From the NCBI GenBank assembly GCA_965226375.1, contig CBDDCX010000008.1, forward strand, positions 352,001 through 416,000: a stretch of DNA of 64,000 nt, read 5' to 3'. Positions 57,416-64,000 of the stretch are shown piece after piece. Under the pieces are notes generated by a model. The model was not told the origin of the DNA and did not search any database. It saw nothing but the letters and a program-made list of their open reading frames with translations. The DNA comes from Longimicrobiales bacterium (GTDB lineage: Bacteria; Gemmatimonadota; Gemmatimonadetes; Longimicrobiales; Gaopeijiaceae). How positions within the stretch are numbered: the first letter of the stretch is position 1; each line of letters begins with the position of its first letter. The position numbers and the translations under genes are program-made.

Positions 57416-58147
57416 TCATGGGTCGCTTGATGTGATCCGTCGTGCATTGGCACCGCTCTCCAGCATCACAGGGGCTTCCGAGTGCAGGGCCCCACGAAGC
57501 CGCTGACGCCACGACGCCCGCTGGATCAGAACGACCTGGATGCAAGGCTCGATTCCGTCCACGATGACAAAGTGGATGTCGCCCAGGTCCTCGGGGCGCG
57601 GGATCCGGTAGACCTGTCCTTGCCAGGTGAAGTCGATCGAGTCCAGGCCATCGAACTCCGCTGACGTGAGCACCCGCTCGATGTATATCTCCTCCTCCAC
57701 CTGGTACGCACCTTCGCCCTGGGGCTCGCCCCATTGGAAGTACCATGGATCGAAGGGCTCGTCCCGCTCTCGCTTGAACGACTCGTCCATGGCGTAGTCC
57801 ATGGCTTCGAGCGCATCCTCGTCGGCGAGGGACTCCAGGTGGTGTTGGAGCTCGTGGGTGAGAGTCTCCCAGAGCTCCTCCTCCCAGTCGAAGTCCGGAT
57901 CGTCCCCGGCCATCTTCCGAAAGGACCCGTAGTAGAGCACCACACGCGAGCGTGTGGTTTCCGGGCTTTGCCAGTCGGAGATGTGGCCTTGCGTGAGGCA
58001 CTCCCCGAGCGTGACCACGTCGGGGAGCTCGGGATGTGTCTCTACCGCTTCCACGGTCGTGACGCCGTCAACTCCCTCCCGGTACACCACGGGGATACTC
58101 TGGAAGGCCTCCTGGGCCACGCGAGAGAACTCGTCGTAGGTCATCAT
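57416..58147 (-). CDS. Zincin-like metallopeptidase family protein
   Basis: TLGEC, VLYYGSF, ETLTHELQHH (HExxH). Confidence 0.8.
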   Translation of the reverse strand: MMTYDEFSRVAQEAFQSIPVVYREGVDGVTTVEAVETHPELPDVVTLGECLTQGHISDWQSPETTRSRVVLYYGSFRKMAGDDPDFDWEEELWETLTHELQHHLESLADEDALEAMDYAMDESFKRERDEPFDPWYFQWGEPQGEGAYQVEEEIYIERVLTSAEFDGLDSIDFTWQGQVYRIPRPEDLGDIHFVIVDGIEPCIQVVLIQRASWRQRLRGALHSEAPVMLESGANARRITSSDP

Positions 58148-58344
58148 TTCAGCTTGTGAGAGCTGCGCGTTATTGAATGGGACGAGGGGCACCGTGCTTT
58201 CGCGTGGGACTAGAGTCCAACCCGCCTGGTCCGCCTCGGACCCCGTGCCTGAAGGTCCGCGAGCCCTTACTGTGGCTGTCGAGACCTCCTGACAACAGGG
58301 GAGTTCACCTGCAGGAGTCATCTTGGACTCAGCACGGGGGCATC

Positions 58345-60127
58345 ATGCGTCGAGTAGCGGCCCGATCCATCTCTCTCCTCCTCCTCGCGCTGTTTCATAG
58401 CACGCTCCATCCGGATCGGGCTGGAGCGTGGCTGACCGATCCTTCCCACACGCAGGAAGTCGCGCCGACGCAGCAGCAGGAGACTCTTTCGGCGCAGGAA
58501 GCGCTCATCGAGCAGGCCCAGGTTTCCCTGGACCGTCTGGAGGAGATCCAGGACACCCTGACGGTGATGATCGCACTCATCGAAGGGGGTCTGTCCGACG
58601 ACGAGGTTGACCTGATTCGCATCGGGCTGACGCCCGTGGAGGAAGAGTCCCGCCGACTCATGCAGGAGCTGGGCGGGCTCATCCTTCGGATAGAGGACGC
58701 GGGCGGTTCGGTGGCGGAGATCCGGGCGCGCATGGGAGACCTGCTCGGGTGGTTCTTTGCCGCATACCAGACGGGCCTGGAGCAGAGTTTCGTCGAGTTG
58801 ACCGGTTTGGCCGCCGCCCAGGACACCTCGACGGCGGGGGGGTTGGCGGATCTCGCTGCCCTAGGCCAGGAGATTCGTAGCCGTATCCTGAGCGGAGGCT
58901 TGGGTGAGATCCGGGTACTGGACCAGGCTCAGGATTTGGGGTTCGATGTAACTCCGGAGTTCTCCGGCCTCGATGCCATACTTCTGGATCGCACAGAGGC
59001 GCTGGTGGGCCGCCTCCAGCTGCGAGTCCTCGAGCGGGACCGGGAGAGCACCAACTACGCCGAGGCTCAGTCGGCTGATGCCGGTGAGGAGGCTATTGAG
59101 CAGGCCCGGCGCCGGGTGTTGGATGCGGACGAGCGAGGGGAGGGAGCCGCGGCCACGCTGGACGTGGTGAGCGATCTCCTGGACCTACGTGGCTACTCGA
59201 CCGCCGAGTACCGCCAGCTTGTCATCCTTGCGACCGGCGAGGTGACCGGAGATCTGTTCAACCCCCGTGTGCTGGTGGGGTTGGTTCGCGGCTGGTTCAC
59301 CGGGGGAGCGCGCTGGGTGCGCGACAGTGGACCTACGATTCTGGCCCGCCTTTTTCTGGTCCTGCTCACCGTCTGGGCATTCCGTGTCCTCTTCAGATTC
59401 GGCTGGTGGCTGCTGCGGGTGGTCGGCATCGTCAGGATGCCGCGCCTCGCCTCCGATCTCCTGGGCAGGACCCTCCAGCCCATAGCCACGGTGTTGGGTC
59501 TGATTGTCGGACTGTGGACCGTGGGCGTGGATAGCACGGCCCTGCTCACCGGGCTGGGCGTATTCTCCCTGATCGTGGGTTTGGCGCTACAGGATTCCCT
59601 GAGCAATTTCGCTGCGGGGCTCTTCATTCTGGCCCACCGACCCTACGACGTGGACGACGTCATCGAGACCGGCGGCCTACTGGGCAGAGTCGTGGCTCTG
59701 GGCCTGGCCAATACCACCCTCATCACCTTCGACAATCGCAAGGTGTTCGTGCCCAACGTGAACATTTCGAAAGATCTGGGGCGACGTGATCGCCAATCGC
59801 TCAACCGAGCCCACCCGGCGAGTGGACGTGGCGGTCGAGGTGGCCGACCATGAAGACCTGGACCGCGTCTTTACGATTCTCCACAGCGTCCTGGACGAAC
59901 ACGAGTACGTGCTCGCTGAGCCCGCCCCTCTCGTCTTCATGAAGGGTCGAAGCGACTCGTGGCGAAAGCTCGAGGTGCGGCCCTGGGTGGAGAGCGAACA
60001 CTGGTGGGAGTTGAAATCGACCTTGCCCGCGATCATCGATCGACGCTTTGCCCGCGAGGGTATCCGGGCGCCCACGCCACGGCGCGAGGTCGTGTACGCC
60101 GAGGGCGAAGCCGAAGGGTCCGCGTGA
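58345..60127 (+). pseudogene. MscS-family mechanosensitive channel with large N-terminal domain, frameshifted near 59760
   Basis: VGLALQDSLSNFAAG, RPYDVDD, VFVPN; the expected KIWGDVIAN..RRVDV continuation lies in another frame (59786-60127 ORF). Confidence 0.82.
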
Positions 60128-60128
60128 G

Positions 60129-60833
60129 GTGACAGCCCCCCTTATCGGGCTCACGACCTATCACCGGAACGGTGACAACAAGTTCGAGCTCCCAGCCGAG
60201 TACGTGGACGCCGTCCGCCGCGCCGGAGGCATCCCGGTGTTGCTGCCGCCGGGTGAGTCCCGTCGGGAGGATGTGCTCCACCGATTGGATGCGGTGATCC
60301 TCACCGGGGGTGGGGACCTGTCCCCGGAAGCCTATGGGGGGAGTGACCATCCGACGCTTTACCTGGTCGACGACGAGAGGGACGAGAGCGAACTCGCGCT
60401 CGCTCGGCGGGCGGTAGATACCGGGCTCCCGACCCTGGGGATCTGCCGGGGCACCCAGGTGCTCAACGTCGCGTTGGGCGGCACCCTCGTGGAGCACCTG
60501 CCCGACGTGGTGGGGGAGGAGGTCGCCCACAGAGCACCACCCCGAGATCCGATTCCCCATGTCGTGGTGGTCGAGCCGAGTTCTCGCTTGGCCGGCGTGG
60601 TGGGAGACCTGCGGTTCGAGTGCGCCTCCTGGCATCACCAGGGCCTCAAGGAGGTGGCGGGCGGCCTGGAGGTGGTCGCGCACGCTCCGGACGGCACCAT
60701 CGAGGCGGTCGAGCTCCCGAGCCATCCCTGGCTCGTCGCGGTGCAGTGGCATCCGGAGCTGACGGCCGCAAACGACCCGATCCAGCAGCGGCTGTTCGAG
60801 GCGCTGGCAGAGGCCGCCAGGAGGCAGAGATGA
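60129..60833 (+). CDS. Gamma-glutamyl-gamma-aminobutyrate hydrolase family (peptidase C26, PuuD-like)
   Basis: LTGGGDL, LGICRG.Q.LNVALGGTL, HHQ, VQWHPE. Confidence 0.92.
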   Translation: MTAPLIGLTTYHRNGDNKFELPAEYVDAVRRAGGIPVLLPPGESRREDVLHRLDAVILTGGGDLSPEAYGGSDHPTLYLVDDERDESELALARRAVDTGLPTLGICRGTQVLNVALGGTLVEHLPDVVGEEVAHRAPPRDPIPHVVVVEPSSRLAGVVGDLRFECASWHHQGLKEVAGGLEVVAHAPDGTIEAVELPSHPWLVAVQWHPELTAANDPIQQRLFEALAEAARRQR

Positions 60834-61321
60834 AGATGCACCCCTTGATTACCGTTGGGCTTCTTGCTGCGATCGCCTGTGGCCCGACAACGCCAGATGC
60901 TCCCGTCCCTGGATCCACCGACCCCGATGGTGGGTTCGACGGGCCGGCCGGAACGGTGCGTTCATCGGCTGAGACCGTCGAGGCTGTCGAGATGGCCATC
61001 CGGCAGTTCTACCTCGACGTCAACGCGTTCGACCACGCGGCGCTCAGAGCGACGACCACCTCGGACTTCGAGTTTATGGACGGTGGGCGGCGAATGGACG
61101 GGGACGCGTTCGAGGCCTTCCTGCGCGGCGTTGAGAGCGGCGGCACGACGCTGGACTTCGAGCTCTCCGAGCTCAACACGGAAGTCGTGGGCGATGTCGC
61201 ATACACGAGCTACCTGGCCTCAACACCGCGTTCGACCTTGCTGGAAGCGAGCGTGCTCCGACGTTCAGGCGGCCGCTGGCTCGTCGATCGCACCATATCG
61301 GCTGGGACTGTGCCCCCGTGA
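60830..61321 (+). CDS. NTF2-like/SnoaL-like lipoprotein
   Basis: Lipobox AIAC; TTSDFEF.DGG, VVGDVAY, LRRSGGRWLV; ATGA overlap. Confidence 0.72.
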   Translation: MKMHPLITVGLLAAIACGPTTPDAPVPGSTDPDGGFDGPAGTVRSSAETVEAVEMAIRQFYLDVNAFDHAALRATTTSDFEFMDGGRRMDGDAFEAFLRGVESGGTTLDFELSELNTEVVGDVAYTSYLASTPRSTLLEASVLRRSGGRWLVDRTISAGTVPP

Positions 61322-61377
61322 TGCCGTCGTAGGCTCACCGGTAACAGGGCGCCCTACTCAACGCTCGTTCATGGGTA

Positions 61378-61392
61378 TACCGATCATCGGTA
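61378..61392. promoter_or_regulatory. Perfect palindrome, candidate PadR operator
   Basis: TACCGAT-C-ATCGGTA, about 48 nt upstream of the padR start. Confidence 0.5.
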
Positions 61393-61439
61393 CATCATGT
61401 TAGCTTCTCTTGTCTCGAATCGGATAGGGGAGGTCTTCG

Positions 61440-61790
61440 GTGGCCCAAACCGGAACGAAGGACCCACAAGAGCTACTGCCGCTCACACACCTGAGTTATC
61501 ACATCATGCTGTCACTCCGTGAGGCGGGCCTGCATGGGTACGCCATCGTGAAGAGCGTGAAGGAACGCTCCGACGGTGCCATAAGCCCCGGGACCGGCAC
61601 GTTCTACTCTGCGCTCCGGCGCATGCTCGACGAGGGTGTGTTGATCGAGGTGCAGGAGCCCACGGACGTAGACGGACACGACTCACGGCGCCGCTACTAC
61701 GAGCTGTCTCCGTTTGGGCGTCAGGTCTTGGTTGCGGAGACGGCACGTCTTCGAGAGCTGGTGGAGTGGGCGGAGTCGGCGGCCGGCTGA
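61440..61790 (+). CDS. PadR family transcriptional regulator
   Basis: LHGYAI, GTGTFYSALRRM, DSRRRYYELS.FG; GGAGG RBS with GTG start. Confidence 0.92.
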   Translation: MAQTGTKDPQELLPLTHLSYHIMLSLREAGLHGYAIVKSVKERSDGAISPGTGTFYSALRRMLDEGVLIEVQEPTDVDGHDSRRRYYELSPFGRQVLVAETARLRELVEWAESAAG

Positions 61791-64000
61791 TGCCCCGACC
61801 GCTTCGCACGTATCGCTGGCTCATGCAAGCGCTTCCGTCTGCGTTTCTCGCGCGCTTCGGCGCGGATATGCTTGCCATGGTCGAGGGCCGGGCGGACGAC
61901 GTGCGCGGAGCAAGCCCGCTCTTCTGGGTCAGGGAGTACGTCGATCTCGGCCTTACCGTCCTCCGGGAGTGGAGGGCCGAGTTTCATAACCGTCGAACTC
62001 GCGCTGGGCGTGGTAGGCGGATTCTGTCATTCAGGAATGGATTGGGGGATGGGATGGGTGGTGACCTGAAGTTGGCGATTCGCATGGTGCTCAGGAGCCC
62101 GGGCTTCAGCGCGGTGGTCGTGTTGACCCTCGCGCTCGGCATGGGCGTAAACGCGGCGATCTTCAGCATTGTCGATACCGTGGTGCTCAGACCATTGCCG
62201 TACGACCGCGCCGACGAGCTGGTCGGTTTCACGGCCTTCGATACTCGGACGGGCCAGCAGAGCACCCGCATCTCGTACGCAGACTTCCTGGAGTTTCAGG
62301 ATCAGGCCGAGTCGTTGGACGGGATCGCGGGCTACCTGCCGGGCACGTGGACGCTGTCGGGCGTCGATCGAGTGCCCACGCAGATCAACATCGCCCAGGT
62401 GACGAACGACTTCTTTTCTCTCCTGGGGGCCCGCCCGGTCCTTGGGAGAACGTTCGTCCCCGAGGAACACCTTCCCGATCGGCGTGGGTCTTTGATCATC
62501 AGCCACTCGTTCTGGCAGTCGGAATTCGGGGGGAGCCCCGACGTGCTTGGGAAGGTGGTGACGCTGTCCATACGACCGATGACGATCATCGGTGTCATGG
62601 AGCACGGATTCGATTACCCCTACCTGCGCGAGATGGCGGGCTGGGTCGCGATGGAGCACCGCGAGTTCATGGGGGCCGATCCGAACCTGGCGTTCTCGCA
62701 GCGAGATTGGAGGGCCCTGGTCGCGTTCGCTAGGCTCAATGAGCAAGCTTCGCTTGAGCGCGCCGGGGCCGAGATCGACGCCTTGGCGGTCGGCATCGCG
62801 GTCGCGTTTCCGGAATCCAACGCTAACCTCGAGACACGGCTGATCTCGCTCAAGGAGGTCGAGGTCGGCCAGCTCAGGCGGCCTCTCCTGCTGCTTCTGG
62901 GTGTCGTGGCCGCCATCCTCCTGATCGCGGCGGTGAATACGGCGAGTCTCTTGTTGGCTCGGGGCACCGCGCGTGCTGGTGAGGTTGCGGTGCGCACCGC
63001 ATTGGGCGCCAGCCGCGGTCGGCTGGTGCGTCTGTTCCTCAGTGAGGCGCTCGTCTATGCGGTCTTGGGCGCCGGTGCCGGCCTCGTTCTCGCCCAGGGT
63101 GTGTTGGCGATCGTGGCACGACTCGGTTTGCAGGGCCCCCGTCTCGAGTACGTTTCACTCGACGGTCGAGTCATGGCCATCATGGGACTCGTGACGATCG
63201 TCACCGGCCTGCTGTTCGGCCTCGCCCCGGCGCTGCAGGGCTCCAGGGTGGATCTTCAGGATCAGCTCAAGGATGGAGGTCGCGGGTCCAGCGCCGGGCT
63301 CGGCAAGAGCCGCATCCAGAAGGTCTTCGTCGCCACGGAGATGGCACTCTCGACGGTGCTGGTTATCGGTGCCGGCCTGCTCGTCACGAGCTTTATCAAC
63401 ACCATTCGTGAGGATCCGGGCTTCGATCCCGACAACGTGATGAGTGTTCGGATCTCCCTGCCCGGCGCATACATGGAGGATCCGGACGACAACTGGTCGG
63501 GCTCGAACGAGTTCTTTTTCCGGTTGGGCGAAGACATAGAGCGCATTCCCGGAGTCGAGTCTGTGGCGTTCTCCTATACCAATCCCCTCGAGCCTGCCAC
63601 TGCGTTCAACACGCGCTTCCAGATTCAGGGATTTCTCGAGCGCCCACGCTCAGAGCAGCCGTTCGCGAACCTGCGTACGGTCACGCCGGGGTTCTTCGAG
63701 GCCTTCAGGATCCCGGTCCTGCAGGGTCGGACCTTCAACGATCGTGACTTGAAGGAATCACCCGGTGTCGTGGTGATTAACGAGACGTTGCGCCGGCTCC
63801 ACTTCGGTGACGAGAACCCGATCGGGCACCGTCTCCAAGGCCCGAACTTCTGGGGGCCGGCGGGCTATCCGCGGGACTGGGAGATTATCGGCGTGGTCGG
63901 TGACGTGAGATCGGCGGGGCTGTCGCGTGATCCGACGCCCGCGTTCTACTTTCCGTTCCGCCAGGCACCGATGGGGAACATGCGCTTGATCACGCGCGCC
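61790..64000 (+). CDS. ADOP-type ABC permease (3' end beyond window)
   Basis: Absent from the ORF track (no stop in window). ATG 61790 overlaps the padR stop; MPRPLRTYRWL..RFGADM..DLKLAIRMVLRSPGFSAVVVLTLALGMGVNAAIFS..LRPLPY. Confidence 0.9.
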   Translation, partial: MPRPLRTYRWLMQALPSAFLARFGADMLAMVEGRADDVRGASPLFWVREYVDLGLTVLREWRAEFHNRRTRAGRGRRILSFRNGLGDGMGGDLKLAIRMVLRSPGFSAVVVLTLALGMGVNAAIFSIVDTVVLRPLPYDRADELVGFTAFDTRTGQQSTRISYADFLEFQDQAESLDGIAGYLPGTWTLSGVDRVPTQINIAQVTNDFFSLLGARPVLGRTFVPEEHLPDRRGSLIISHSFWQSEFGGSPDVLGKVVTLSIRPMTIIGVMEHGFDYPYLREMAGWVAMEHREFMGADPNLAFSQRDWRALVAFARLNEQASLERAGAEIDALAVGIAVAFPESNANLETRLISLKEVEVGQLRRPLLLLLGVVAAILLIAAVNTASLLLARGTARAGEVAVRTALGASRGRLVRLFLSEALVYAVLGAGAGLVLAQGVLAIVARLGLQGPRLEYVSLDGRVMAIMGLVTIVTGLLFGLAPALQGSRVDLQDQLKDGGRGSSAGLGKSRIQKVFVATEMALSTVLVIGAGLLVTSFINTIREDPGFDPDNVMSVRISLPGAYMEDPDDNWSGSNEFFFRLGEDIERIPGVESVAFSYTNPLEPATAFNTRFQIQGFLERPRSEQPFANLRTVTPGFFEAFRIPVLQGRTFNDRDLKESPGVVVINETLRRLHFGDENPIGHRLQGPNFWGPAGYPRDWEIIGVVGDVRSAGLSRDPTPAFYFPFRQAPMGNMRLITRA

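Noticed and set aside
1..64000. Genome-wide reassignment of TGA to Trp or Gly
   Set aside because: Many genes end at TGA exactly at the expected C-terminus, often overlapping the next start (14090-14092, 14662-14664, 37829-37831, 61788-61790), and Trp is encoded by TGG throughout.
1..64000. tRNA (including tRNA-Sec), rRNA or riboswitches
   Set aside because: None recognised by eye in the intergenic regions; a tRNAscan-SE/Infernal run would be needed to exclude them.

Overview
High-GC bacterial chromosomal window of about 52 genes, mostly accessory or catabolic. The mix of PadR + ADOP-type orphan ABC permeases, LVIVD beta-propellers and many signal-peptide hydrolases resembles Gemmatimonadota/Acidobacteriota (inference). 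I saw no rRNA, tRNA or CRISPR array. Two genes that the ORF track breaks at an in-frame TGA are most likely selenoproteins, each with the TGA at a conserved Cys position followed directly by a bacterial SECIS-like hairpin: a CstB/Blh-like persulfide dioxygenase-rhodanese fusion (34650-36077, GST-U-G) and a deiodinase-like protein (49815-50480, SYT-U-PPF). A third in-frame TGA, in a molybdopterin oxidoreductase, is not at a Cys position, lacks a convincing SECIS and looks like a nonsense change. Mobile DNA: an intact IS1595-family element with an 8-bp target duplication splits an ADOP permease and carries NrdR-box-like palindromes inside both ends; a 167-bp MITE with perfect 22-bp terminal inverted repeats; and a DUF222/HNH remnant. 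Also present: four His-rich LVIVD paralogues, a CBM9-like + cytochrome c + PQQ-propeller fusion running off the left edge, a TRAP transporter, and frameshifted pilin-like and MscS genes. Family assignments come from motif recognition by eye, not database searches.
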